Position numbers and translations under genes: made by a program
Shown here: positions 1 through 7,806 of the stretch, piece after piece
How the letters are laid out: the number at the start of each line of letters is the position of its first letter
How positions within the stretch are numbered: the first letter of the stretch is position 1
Source: Sideroxydans sp.
GTDB lineage: Bacteria; Pseudomonadota; Gammaproteobacteria; Burkholderiales; Gallionellaceae
Length of the DNA: 64,000 nucleotides
Reading direction: 5' to 3'
Assembly: GCA_028707175.1 (NCBI GenBank)
Contig: JAQTUV010000005.1
Coordinates: 207,618 to 271,617 of the forward strand
The notes under the pieces: model-generated
What the model was told of the DNA's origin: nothing
Seen by the model: only the letters and a program-made list of their open reading frames with translations
Databases searched by the model: none

Positions 1-2
1 CG

Positions 3-1139
3 GAGGGCGTCGCCATCATCGACACCGTCAAAGCATCACACGCCGAAGAATTCTTCAGACGCTTGGAACAAGTCGCCTCTTACGATGAGATCACCACCAT
101 CGTGCTGAATCATCTGGAGCCAGACCACAGTGGTGCATTGCCCGAACTGATGCGCCGCGCACCGCAGGCCAAGCTGTATATCTCGACCAAAGGGCAGTTG
201 ATGCTCAAGGCATTGGTGAAGGATGCCGCACTCAAATACAACGTCGTTGAGACAGGTGACCATGTCGAGCTGGGTGGCCGCACATTACGTTTCTTCACCA
301 CGCCTTTTCTACATTGGCCAGATACACAATGCACGCTGATCGAAGAGCAAGGCATCTTGTTCAGTGGTGATGTGTTTGGTTGCCATTTCTGTGATGCGCG
401 TTTGTTCAACGACCAAGTCGGCGATTTCCGCTTCTCTTTCGAATACTACTACCAGCACATCATGCGGCCTTTCCGCGAGTATGTGCTGAATGCACTCGAA
501 CTGCTGGAGCCGCTGCCGCTCAAACTCATCGCTCCCGCCCACGGCCCTATCTTGCGCGAAGCCCCGCTGAGTTACATGCAGCGCTACCGCCAACTCGCTT
601 CGCCCTTGTTGCACAACGAAGTGGGCGCAAACAATAAATCATTGCTGGTGTTCTACATCTCGTCCTACGGCAACACCGCACGCATGGCACAAGCCGTGGT
701 GGATGGTGCGGAGACGGTGCCGGGTGTGCGTGTCTCGATGTATGACTTGCAAGCAGGTGGCAACTTACCTTTCGTGGATCTGATCGAAGAGGCGGATGGA
801 CTCGCCATCGGCTCACCCACCATCAACGGCGACGCGGTGAAACCGGTGTGGGACTTACTTTCTTCGCTGGCCGTCATCAAGGTGCGCGACAAACTCGGCG
901 CGGCATTCGGCTCGTATGGCTGGAGCGGTGAGGCGATCAACATGATCGAGGACCGTCTGCGCGGCCTGAAGATGCGTGTGCCGATCAAAGGCGTACGCGC
1001 ACGCCTCATCCCCACCGAAGAAGAGCTCGCACTTTGCCGCGACCTCGGTGTGCAACTCGCACAACATCTCTCCGGCACGGTTCAAAACCGTGTCATCTCA
1101 ATGTCAGAACTATTCGCACAGGAGCAATCACATGCCTAA
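3..1139 (+). CDS. Flavodiiron protein (metallo-beta-lactamase-like diiron domain + flavodoxin-like domain), 5' end truncated by the window edge
   Basis: The reading frame is open from the window edge upstream of the first ATG at 63. It has the diiron-type motif NHLEPDHSG, and a C-terminal flavodoxin-like half (LLVFYISSYGNTARMA...GSPTINGD). The TAA stop at 1137-1139 overlaps the next gene's ATG. Confidence 0.8.
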   Translation, partial: EGVAIIDTVKASHAEEFFRRLEQVASYDEITTIVLNHLEPDHSGALPELMRRAPQAKLYISTKGQLMLKALVKDAALKYNVVETGDHVELGGRTLRFFTTPFLHWPDTQCTLIEEQGILFSGDVFGCHFCDARLFNDQVGDFRFSFEYYYQHIMRPFREYVLNALELLEPLPLKLIAPAHGPILREAPLSYMQRYRQLASPLLHNEVGANNKSLLVFYISSYGNTARMAQAVVDGAETVPGVRVSMYDLQAGGNLPFVDLIEEADGLAIGSPTINGDAVKPVWDLLSSLAVIKVRDKLGAAFGSYGWSGEAINMIEDRLRGLKMRVPIKGVRARLIPTEEELALCRDLGVQLAQHLSGTVQNRVISMSELFAQEQSHA

Positions 1140-1416
1140 GGCAAACGTCACTTTTGAAAAATTGGGCATCACCGTTTCTGTGCCAGCAGGCACACGTCTG
1201 ATCGAAATATCGGAAAAGGTCGGCGCCAGCATCACCTATGGTTGCCGCGAAGGTGAATGCGGCACCTGCATCATGAAGATCAAGAGCGGCATGGAGCACA
1301 TGAGCGAACGCTCGGTGCTGGAAGACAAGGTGTTGCAAGAGAACATGGCCGGTCGGAGTGACCGTCTCGCCTGTCAGGCACAAGTGCTGGGCGGCGACAT
1401 CGTCGTGAAGGCTTAA
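1132..1416 (+). CDS. [2Fe-2S] ferredoxin
   Basis: ATG at 1132 is preceded by GGAG (1121-1124). It carries the cysteine motif GCREGECGTCIMKI plus a distal RLACQA. The ORF-track start at 976 lies inside the upstream gene, so the shorter start was chosen. Confidence 0.85.
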   Translation: MPKANVTFEKLGITVSVPAGTRLIEISEKVGASITYGCREGECGTCIMKIKSGMEHMSERSVLEDKVLQENMAGRSDRLACQAQVLGGDIVVKA

Positions 1417-1449
1417 CGATTTTTTATAACCCAAGTAGGAGTAAGCGCA

Positions 1450-1809
1450 ATGCCAAACATCACATTTTCTAGCCCCCTGCACAAAGACAAGACCATCTAC
1501 ATGCCCGCAGGCAGCCTCGTCAAGACCGTACTGGTCATGGCTAAGGAGAATCACATCCCCATCGATTTCGGTTGCGAGAACGGGGAATGTTCGACCTGCC
1601 TCGTGAAGGTCACCAACCTGTCCAACAAGGGACCGATGGCTGGCCCGCTCACCGACCGCGAGATCACCGTGTTGAAGCAGGAAGGCAAGATCACTCAGGC
1701 GCAAGTCGATGCGATGAAAGTGAATGACCTCGTCACCACCGAATGGCGTTTGGCGTGCCAGATGGTATTGCGTGATGAAGATCTGCTCATCGAGTACCCC
1801 AGCAAGTAA
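1450..1809 (+). CDS. [2Fe-2S] ferredoxin-like protein
   Basis: It carries the motif FGCENGECSTCLVKV plus a distal RLACQM. AGGAG lies upstream of the ATG. It is co-directional with, and closely spaced to, the preceding ferredoxin gene. Confidence 0.8.
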   Translation: MPNITFSSPLHKDKTIYMPAGSLVKTVLVMAKENHIPIDFGCENGECSTCLVKVTNLSNKGPMAGPLTDREITVLKQEGKITQAQVDAMKVNDLVTTEWRLACQMVLRDEDLLIEYPSK

Positions 1810-1818
1810 GGAACCATC

Positions 1819-2505
1819 ATGCGAGCCGACAGCACGCGCAGGTATCAAGCCCCCCTTTCTAACTCTCTGGTGGAACAACTAGCCAATCGACTAAGCCCGC
1901 AAGCGGACAAGTCGCTGGTTACCCCGCAAGCGGGAGAGAGAACGAACGCGAGAAGCGATCTTGAATCTTCCGGCCTGTATGCGGAACTGATGTCGCATGC
2001 TGTCGGCTTACCTAACGATGTCGTGTTCGCACAGATGATCACCAGCCAGATCGCGGGCGAAGGTGCATTGCCGCCTGGCTTGGGATTGGATGCGGATGAC
2101 TTTGCCTCTTTGTTGACATTGCACTACCCCGGCGTCGAACTCGTCGTTCGTCATTCGCTATACGCCGTTGATCCGCGCGCGCTGGAACGAGACGATGTAC
2201 TCGCATTGCTACTCGAACATCGCGCGCTCCAAAATCGTTCTGAAGAATGGATGGCGGAAGTGGTGACCAATGCATGTATGGCGAACGACCACCTGTGGCA
2301 AGACTTGGGTTTGTGGTCACGCGACAATCTGAGCCAGCTGATGAAACAGAACTTCCCCTCGCTGGCCGCCAAGAACGTTCACGACATGAAGTGGAAGAAA
2401 TTCCTCTACAAGCAACTCTGTGAAAAGGAAGGTATCAACGCCTGTCGTTCGCCCAGTTGTGAGCACTGCGTAGATTATTTGAAGTGTTTCGGGCCAGAAG
2501 ATTGA
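1819..2505 (+). CDS. nifQ: NifQ (molybdenum processing for FeMo-cofactor synthesis)
   Basis: The C-terminal signature WKKFLYKQLCEKEGINACRSPSCEHCVDYLKCFG is typical of NifQ. An RBS-like AAGGAA precedes ATG 1819. The first ~55 codons contain REP-like sequence (ccgcaagcgg / ccgcaagcgggagag), so an alternative start at ATG 1990 cannot be excluded. Confidence 0.85.
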   Translation: MRADSTRRYQAPLSNSLVEQLANRLSPQADKSLVTPQAGERTNARSDLESSGLYAELMSHAVGLPNDVVFAQMITSQIAGEGALPPGLGLDADDFASLLTLHYPGVELVVRHSLYAVDPRALERDDVLALLLEHRALQNRSEEWMAEVVTNACMANDHLWQDLGLWSRDNLSQLMKQNFPSLAAKNVHDMKWKKFLYKQLCEKEGINACRSPSCEHCVDYLKCFGPED

Positions 2506-2595
2506 TTCAATCTAGCGGCATCCAACATCGGAGATATTGTGTGTTGAGAAACACTACCCCCATCCGTGCGTGTGTTGTTGGCGCTTTAGTGCCGT

Positions 2596-2692
2596 ACAAC
2601 CACGGCCTACCTCTTGCGGGTGCAACCTCCCCCCTGCAAGGGGGAAGGAATGTATCCCCTCCCCCTTGCAGGGGGAGGGCTAGGGTGGGGGT
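2596..2692. repeat. GC-rich REP-like palindromic repeat cluster (family A: ...cccctcccccttgcagggggagggctagggtggggg)
   Basis: Two adjacent hairpin units are present: cctcccccctgcaagggggaagg at 2626-2648, and a second unit at 2655-2691. They are related to the units at 7348-7462, 9084-9203, 11722-11836 and 44900-44945. Confidence 0.75.
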
Positions 2693-2719
2693 AGAAACCA
2701 GCAAGTCCCACGTACCCCA

Positions 2720-3601
2720 ATGACCACCGACCGCGCCACTGCTGCCTACCTCGGACTCGCCATCGGCGACGCACTCGGTGCGACGGTGGAATTTATGACG
2801 CCGCGCGAGATCCAGTTGCAATACGTGGTGCATGACAAACTCAGAGGCGGTGGATGGTTACATCTCAAACCAGGACAAGTCACTGATGACACGACGATGG
2901 CGCTGGCATTGGGCGAGTCCATCATCACTGCAGGGATGGTCGATGCATTGTCGGTAGCGCAAGCGTTCGATGAATGGATGCGCGGCAAGCCGGTAGACAT
3001 CGGCAACACGGTGCGACGCAACTTGCTTCAATTCCGCAAGACGGGGAATCCAGAAGCGCCCTATTCCGACCATGACGCAGGCAACGGTGCCGCGATGCGG
3101 CTACTGCCTGTTGCACTATCCACCTTAGGCCAGCCGACCGAATGTGTGCGCGCCGCAAGCCGCGCGCAAGCACATGTCACACACAACTGCCTGCTCTCCG
3201 ATGCGGCTTGCGAGACCTTGATCCTGATGGTGCAAGATGCGTTACTCGGCGCGGATAAGAAACATCTGCTGCATCAACATGCGCGTCCCTTGATCGCTCA
3301 ATTCCCACAATTCAAATTCCGCGCGATACGCCAGATCCAGAATCCCAGTGGATACATCGTCGATACGATACAAGCCGTGTTCCAAAGCTTCTTTGATACG
3401 GATGATCTCCGCTCATGCCTGATCGATGTGGTGAATCGCGGAGGAGATGCAGATACGACTGGCGCGATTGCGGGGATGTTGGCTGGGGCAACTTATGGAC
3501 TGGATGATATTCCCAACGAATGGCTCAAGGTGTTGGATACGAAGACGCGCCAATCCTGTGAGCGTCAGGCAAAGTCACTTATCCAAATTGCACGGCATTA
3601 A
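2720..3601 (+). CDS. draG: ADP-ribosyl-[dinitrogen reductase] glycohydrolase (ADP-ribosylglycohydrolase family)
   Basis: The N-terminus AAYLGLAIGDALGATVEF and the C-terminal GGDADTTGAIAGMLAGATYG motif are typical of ADP-ribosylglycohydrolases. At 293 aa and in a nif context, it fits DraG. Confidence 0.8.
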   Translation: MTTDRATAAYLGLAIGDALGATVEFMTPREIQLQYVVHDKLRGGGWLHLKPGQVTDDTTMALALGESIITAGMVDALSVAQAFDEWMRGKPVDIGNTVRRNLLQFRKTGNPEAPYSDHDAGNGAAMRLLPVALSTLGQPTECVRAASRAQAHVTHNCLLSDAACETLILMVQDALLGADKKHLLHQHARPLIAQFPQFKFRAIRQIQNPSGYIVDTIQAVFQSFFDTDDLRSCLIDVVNRGGDADTTGAIAGMLAGATYGLDDIPNEWLKVLDTKTRQSCERQAKSLIQIARH

Positions 3602-3740
3602 GAATCTTGCTTTGTGATTCACACAGCACGGGTATCCATAAATTTCTGCCTAGAGTAACTAGGTCATCCCAAAATTATTCCGAACCCGCGCCCGAACCTG
3701 AATTTAGTTAGACTGACGGCAGCAATTTCAGGAGACCACC

Positions 3741-3965
3741 ATGATGAACAGATTCGAAGTTCCCATTGCCCAACTTACATTCACCCAAAAATTAGACCTC
3801 ATGGAAACACTTTGGGCAGACATGATCGGCAACGAAAAAAATCTGGAATCTCCTGACTGGCATGCAAACATTCTCAATGAACGCGAAGCTGCCTTGAATG
3901 CAGGCCAACTGACTGTATCTGACTGGTCAGAAGCCAAAGAAAGAATCAAGAAAAACGTCGCATGA
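3741..3965 (+). CDS. Type II antitoxin (putative addiction-module component family)
   Basis: It is a 74-aa protein with the pattern ...KLDLMETLWADM...DWHANILNEREAALNAGQLTVSDWSEAKERI, characteristic of the small addiction-module antitoxins paired with ParE/RelE toxins. Its stop overlaps the ATG of the downstream toxin remnant (ATGA at 3962-3965). Confidence 0.7.
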   Translation: MMNRFEVPIAQLTFTQKLDLMETLWADMIGNEKNLESPDWHANILNEREAALNAGQLTVSDWSEAKERIKKNVA

Positions 3966-4260
3966 AGATCAAAATCCTCAGTAGCGCAGAGGACGATCTC
4001 GAACAAGGCCACCGATTCTACAAATCACAAGCAGATGGCCTCGGCACCTACTTTCTAGTCTAGATACGCTCTACTCCGACATCGACTCACTGGCCTACTT
4101 TGCGGGAATACATCGCGTCGTACTGGGCTACCACCGGCTACTCTCCAAACGTTTCCCATTCGCTGTGTACTACCGCGTTGCCGACGACGTGGTCACCGTA
4201 TTCGCCGTTCTTGATTGCCGTCGAAACCCGAGCTGGATTAGGAAAAAACTATCTAAGTGA
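3962..4260 (+). pseudogene. ParE/RelE-family toxin gene disrupted by a frameshift
   Basis: Frame 1 reads MKIKILSSAEDDLEQGHRFYKSQADGLGTYFLV and then stops (TAG 4061-4063). The sequence continues from 4060 in another frame as LDTLYSDIDSLAYFAGIHRVVLGYHRLLSKRFPFAVYYRVADDVVTVFAVLDCRRNPSWIRKKLSK, ending at TGA 4258-4260. Joined, the two parts give a ~100-aa RelE/ParE-like toxin. Confidence 0.7.
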
Positions 4261-4338
4261 TGAGGCCGAACAAACGTTTTTAGTGGGTGAAAATTTAACT
4301 TGAACCTGAACCTTAATGTGAATATGGAGGGCGGGTCC

Positions 4339-4469
4339 TCGGCCATAAGAGTCGATGGGGATTTGCTGAGAAGGCTGCTTGAAAATTCTAAAGTGAGGTC
4401 CGCTTCACTCCTGACAGCGGACGTTCAAAACTAAGAGTTTGATGATGCTTGGCCGTCGCTTGCTAACCC
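4339..4469. repeat. Left arm of a 131-nt imperfect inverted repeat flanking a two-gene cassette
   Basis: It is the reverse complement of 5742-5872. The exactly conserved blocks are tcggccataagag, the 37-nt core gtccgcttcactcctgacagcggacgttcaaaactaa (4398-4434), and ccgtcgcttgctaaccc. Confidence 0.85.
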
Positions 4470-4642
4470 ATAAGAGCCATATCAGATATGCCCTACTGAT
4501 TCCGAGCCTAGCCCCTTTAACCCTCTGATAGATTGTATCGTTGATATCCAATTTAGTTTGATGCATGATTGCAAAATGTATTCTTGACTGAAGCATCCAT
4601 GTAATTGCTTCGAGTAGTCTATTCATTTAAAGGTATTTTCAG

Positions 4643-5035
4643 ATGAGCAACACGAACAATTATCCCAATGGGCTCATTGCAGCATTGAGCGGTACGCGAT
4701 CTGCACCACCGCCCCCTCCCCAAGGATTATTGGGTTTACTTCGTCGACCTGAGGTTCAGGGGCTTTACTACAATAGACAAAAAATCGTGCTGGATGGTTA
4801 TAGATTTATCGGGTGCCGGTTTGACAACTGCACCCTAGAAGTATCTTCGTTGAATTTTGATTTGATTAGATGCGTAATTGATCCAACTACGGTGATTTCT
4901 TATGGGCCGTCGGTTGCAAAGATTATTCAACTCTTTAATGGCCGCTACGATTGGGCATCAAAAAACTTTACAGTGCCTTTTGTTCCTGTCAAAAATGATG
5001 ATGGAACCATAACGATAACTGATAGCGCTGTATGA
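4643..5035 (+). CDS. Hypothetical protein with a proline run and a short pentapeptide-repeat-like segment
   Basis: This is a 130-aa ORF in visibly AT-richer DNA. It contains PPPPPQ followed by YRFIGCRFDNCTLEVSSLNFDLIRCVID, which has a five-residue periodicity. It is translationally coupled to the next ORF by an ATGA overlap. Confidence 0.5.
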   Translation: MSNTNNYPNGLIAALSGTRSAPPPPPQGLLGLLRRPEVQGLYYNRQKIVLDGYRFIGCRFDNCTLEVSSLNFDLIRCVIDPTTVISYGPSVAKIIQLFNGRYDWASKNFTVPFVPVKNDDGTITITDSAV

Positions 5036-5646
5036 CAAATACAGGAGCTGCTGCAGAACTTAAGGCTAATATCGAAATGCATCCAATGCATAGTCAGGTA
5101 TTGCTGGTTGCTTTGTCTGTTATTGCGGCAATTTGCATTATCTGTAGTGCAATCCTCATTGCAACAGGATTGGCGAGCGGTTGGATATTTTTGCTCTTTG
5201 CCGCTTTAACTCTTGTCGGTGTTTATCTGCTATGGGTTAAGTCGCAGTCCGATATTGATCTTCAGGGCGCACATCCGACTCAGATAGCTTTGGCGAACGG
5301 CACTACTTTTTCGACCGACAGTCGAATACTGCGATCTCCAGAAGGGGTACGAGGTGTAGCAAAACTCTGTGATGAGATATTAAGCCGCCACCCACTTCCA
5401 AACCCAGATGGGCTCGTGGATACTTATGCGCAGCCAATACCTGACAGTAAGAACGAGGCTATAGCCTATGCAAATAACATCAATAGGACTACGCAAATTG
5501 CAACCAATGAAGTGATAGATGTATTGGGTCTTGGTAACGCATCACCTAAGAATTTAAATATACAAACTGCTGGTACGACTGAAAACGAGCCCGACGAAGT
5601 TCTGCTCCAAAGTCTGAACACTTCAATTGTTGATTCGTCAGACTAG
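5032..5646 (+). CDS. Hypothetical membrane protein (two predicted TM helices, soluble C-terminal half)
   Basis: This is a 204-aa ORF with hydrophobic stretches VLLVALSVIAAICIICSAILIATGL and WIFLLFAALTLVGVYLLWV. It overlaps the upstream ORF by 4 nt. I recognise no family. Confidence 0.5.
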   Translation: MTNTGAAAELKANIEMHPMHSQVLLVALSVIAAICIICSAILIATGLASGWIFLLFAALTLVGVYLLWVKSQSDIDLQGAHPTQIALANGTTFSTDSRILRSPEGVRGVAKLCDEILSRHPLPNPDGLVDTYAQPIPDSKNEAIAYANNINRTTQIATNEVIDVLGLGNASPKNLNIQTAGTTENEPDEVLLQSLNTSIVDSSD

Positions 5647-5741
5647 ACCCGCGTTATTAAAACCACCTTCACCCGCACCAACTCCTCGAATTATTGGAAT
5701 CAGCTTCGTAATTAATTTGAGCAGACATTAACGACTGCTTA

Positions 5742-5872
5742 GGGTTAGCAAGCGACGGTCGATCACCTACAAACGTTTAGTTTTGAACGTCCGCTGTCAG
5801 GAGTGAAGCGGACGACCCTTCAGAACATTCAATCTGCCTTTTCAGCAATTCCCCAGCGTCTCTTATGGCCGA
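5742..5872. repeat. Right arm of the 131-nt imperfect inverted repeat
   Basis: It is the reverse complement of 4339-4469. The 37-nt core at 5777-5813 is identical to the reverse complement of 4398-4434. Confidence 0.85.
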
Positions 5873-5894
5873 GTCTCCGACATCCGACACTTCG

Positions 5895-6743
5895 TTACTT
5901 AGCCCCCAGCAATTCCTTCATCCAAGCTTGCTGATAAGCACGCTTGCGCTTTTGCTCTAGCAGCTTGCGAATATGCACCTTGGCTTGTTCGTAACCCAAG
6001 ATGCTGGCTTCGCTGATGGTGTCGCAACGCATTACATGGAAGCCAAGTTCAGATTCGATCGCACCGCTCACTTCGCCTGCCTTCAACTGGAACAATGCGG
6101 CTTCCAGTTCGGGGAAGAGTTTTCCCCGCGGTAGGTCGCCTAACTTGCCCCCCTCAAGCGCCGTCGGACATTCGGAATGTTTGAGTGCCTGCTCTTCGAA
6201 ACGCAGGGGCTCTTTCGCCAATCTCACCGCGATCTCTGAGATGCGCTTTTGCGCAACTTCACGCGTGTTCTCGGCGATGGTCTCATTGATGGTGATGAGG
6301 ATGTGGCGCGCCAAACGTGTCTCAGGTCTACGGAACTGTTCTGGATGGTATTGGTAATACAGTTCGACATCCATGTCGCTCACATCTTCTGCGCGGGCAC
6401 CTACCTTTTCGAGGATGGCTTCCACTTTCATCTCGCGCTCTAGAGCACTGGCAAAACCAGCCTCATCCAGACCGTTGCGCGCCATGTCTTCGATGTATTC
6501 CTCTTCGCTTTGATAACGTCCGCGTATCTCCTGCATGGCGAGATCCAAGGTGGAGGCCGGCACCATCGCACCACGCGCCTCGGGTGAAGCGAGGACGCGT
6601 GTCTCCAGTCGGTGCTGTTTCTGCGCCATGGTCTGCACACGTTCGGACTCTTCCGGCTGTAATGCGGCGGGCGCTTTGCCGTAGATCTTTTGAGCCGCTT
6701 TGAGGGCGAGGTAAGCCACGCTACTCTCAATCATTTCGTGCAT
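5895..6743 (-). CDS. nifM: NifM (parvulin-type peptidyl-prolyl isomerase for Fe-protein maturation)
   Basis: It is 282 aa with a C-terminal PpiC/parvulin-like domain (RLARHILITINE...GFHVMRC). It sits directly downstream of nifW-nifZ, as in the Azotobacter-type nifUSV-cysE-nifWZM arrangement. Confidence 0.8.
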   Translation of the reverse strand: MHEMIESSVAYLALKAAQKIYGKAPAALQPEESERVQTMAQKQHRLETRVLASPEARGAMVPASTLDLAMQEIRGRYQSEEEYIEDMARNGLDEAGFASALEREMKVEAILEKVGARAEDVSDMDVELYYQYHPEQFRRPETRLARHILITINETIAENTREVAQKRISEIAVRLAKEPLRFEEQALKHSECPTALEGGKLGDLPRGKLFPELEAALFQLKAGEVSGAIESELGFHVMRCDTISEASILGYEQAKVHIRKLLEQKRKRAYQQAWMKELLGAK

Positions 6744-6765
6744 ATTCTTTCCTTTGTAAGAAGGA

Positions 6766-6846
6766 CTCCGCTCGCCCTGAGCTTGTCGAAGGGTGGCTTC
6801 GCAAATATCCGTTCATGGTTCGACAGGCTCACCACGAACGGAGGGG
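6766..6846. repeat. REP-like repeat family B (gctcgccctgagcttgtcgaaggg ... ggttcgacaggctcaccacgaacgg)
   Basis: It occupies the nifZ-nifM junction and overlaps the last ~11 codons of nifZ. A related unit lies at 48306-48380. Confidence 0.65.
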
Positions 6847-7298
6847 GACTCATCGTCGTAGACCTTTGTCGCTTCAAGTGCGGATTCGGGCACTTGCAAA
6901 ACATGGTCGTGAAATATCACGTGATACTGCACACCGTTCTGTTCGTCGCGAAACACTTTCAATATCTCGCCGTCCATGCCGGGCGTGACGCGCACTTCTC
7001 CACGCACCGTTAACGTGATCCTGCTGCGTACTTTTTCGCGGCTCTCGAATTTGCTGGGCACCCATACTTCGTCGATGCTGATCAGCTCTTCTTCACGAAA
7101 GCCGACGATCTTGTTCTGCTCAAGAATGTTGACGGTGTAGATGAGCTGGTCTTGCAAAAAGGTGCCGACGTTCATAACGAAGCCGGTGGAGCCACGTCGT
7201 ATCAGCAGGGTACCGATTGGCACGCCCGGATAGGTGCCGTCATTGCGCACATTGCGAATGATGCGGACTTCGTCGCCGAATTCGAATTTAGGCAGCAT
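6813..7298 (-). CDS. nifZ: NifZ
   Basis: The N-terminus FEFGDEVRIIRNVRNDGTYPGVPIGTLLIRRGSTGFVMNVGTFLQDQLIYTV matches the NifZ signature. It lies between nifW and nifM. Confidence 0.85.
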   Translation of the reverse strand: MLPKFEFGDEVRIIRNVRNDGTYPGVPIGTLLIRRGSTGFVMNVGTFLQDQLIYTVNILEQNKIVGFREEELISIDEVWVPSKFESREKVRSRITLTVRGEVRVTPGMDGEILKVFRDEQNGVQYHVIFHDHVLQVPESALEATKVYDDESPSVRGEPVEP

Positions 7299-7347
7299 TT
7301 GATTTTTCAGTGTTACGCATAATCATTTGTGAAACTCCTGATTCCAG

Positions 7348-7462
7348 TCCCCTCTCCCGCAGGCGGGAGAGGGTTAGGGTGAGGGATGTCGAGTCAAAAT
7401 CACTCTATCCGGTACGCACAGCCCCTCATCCCCGACCCTTCTCCCGCCTACGGGAGAAGGGA
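7348..7462. repeat. Inverted pair of family A REP-like units
   Basis: The pair consists of tcccctctcccgcaggcgggagagggttagggtgaggg (7348-7386) and the oppositely oriented cccctcatccccgacccttctcccgcctacgggagaaggga (7422-7461). It sits in the nifW-nifZ intergenic gap. Confidence 0.8.
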
Positions 7463-7473
7463 GTTAAACGCCA

Positions 7474-7806
7474 TCACGCCCCCGCCTTGTTCACCGTGAT
7501 CGAACTAAGCGGGACGAACTTGGTTTGTGGTTCGTGCATGTGGAACACTTTGAATACTTTTTCCGTGAGTGCGTCTGACTTCACGAAGTCTTGATAGGCC
7601 TGTTGGAGTTTGGCGATGTACAAAGTGCGGCGCGCATCTTCGTCTTTAGGCAAGGTCTCTTTGCCTAGGTAGTTATGGAAACGTTGCAAGATATGCAGTC
7701 GATTCACTTGGACTACCGAGGCATCGTATGCGATGCCGAAATAATCTAGGAAGTCTTCGGCAGAGACCAATTCTTCCATCGCTTCGTCTAAGGTCAGTGT
7801 GTCCAT
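7474..7806 (-). CDS. nifW: NifW (nitrogenase-stabilising/protective protein)
   Basis: It is 110 aa, and the sequence LVSAEDFLDYFGIAYDASVVQVNRLHILQRFHNYL is typical of NifW. Confidence 0.85.
   Translation of the reverse strand: MDTLTLDEAMEELVSAEDFLDYFGIAYDASVVQVNRLHILQRFHNYLGKETLPKDEDARRTLYIAKLQQAYQDFVKSDALTEKVFKVFHMHEPQTKFVPLSSITVNKAGA

Noticed and set aside
976-1131. Upstream extension of the first ferredoxin ORF
   Set aside because: It lies inside the flavodiiron gene in another frame. ATG 1132 has a GGAG RBS and gives a normal-sized ferredoxin.
1093-1878. 261-aa - strand ORF
   Set aside because: It is antisense across two ferredoxin genes that have clear Cys motifs. It is a shadow ORF.
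2538-2553. TGT-N10-ACA (tgtgtgttgagaaaca) upstream of draG as a NifA site
   Set aside because: This loose motif is expected many times by chance in 64 kb. I found no convincing -24/-12 element downstream: ttggcgctttagtgcc has the wrong GG-GC spacing, and the gggtagaaaccagca match covers only the invariant dinucleotides.
4398-4434. The 37-nt conserved core of the inverted repeat as a fragment of a group II intron, tRNA or tmRNA
   Set aside because: It does not match the group II domain V consensus. It has no tRNA T-arm or acceptor features, and no RT/maturase ORF is nearby. It is left unassigned.
4405-4626. 73-aa - strand ORF at the left edge of the cassette
   Set aside because: Its 3' part is made of the inverted-repeat arm, and it has no RBS or recognisable features. 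It is more likely non-coding leader or promoter DNA for the cassette.
6690-7013. 107-aa + strand ORF spanning the nifM-nifZ junction
   Set aside because: It is made of repeat family B sequence (…LSLSKGGFANIRSWFDRLTTNGGG…) plus nifZ antisense. Repeat-encoded pseudo-ORFs of this kind are common annotation artefacts.
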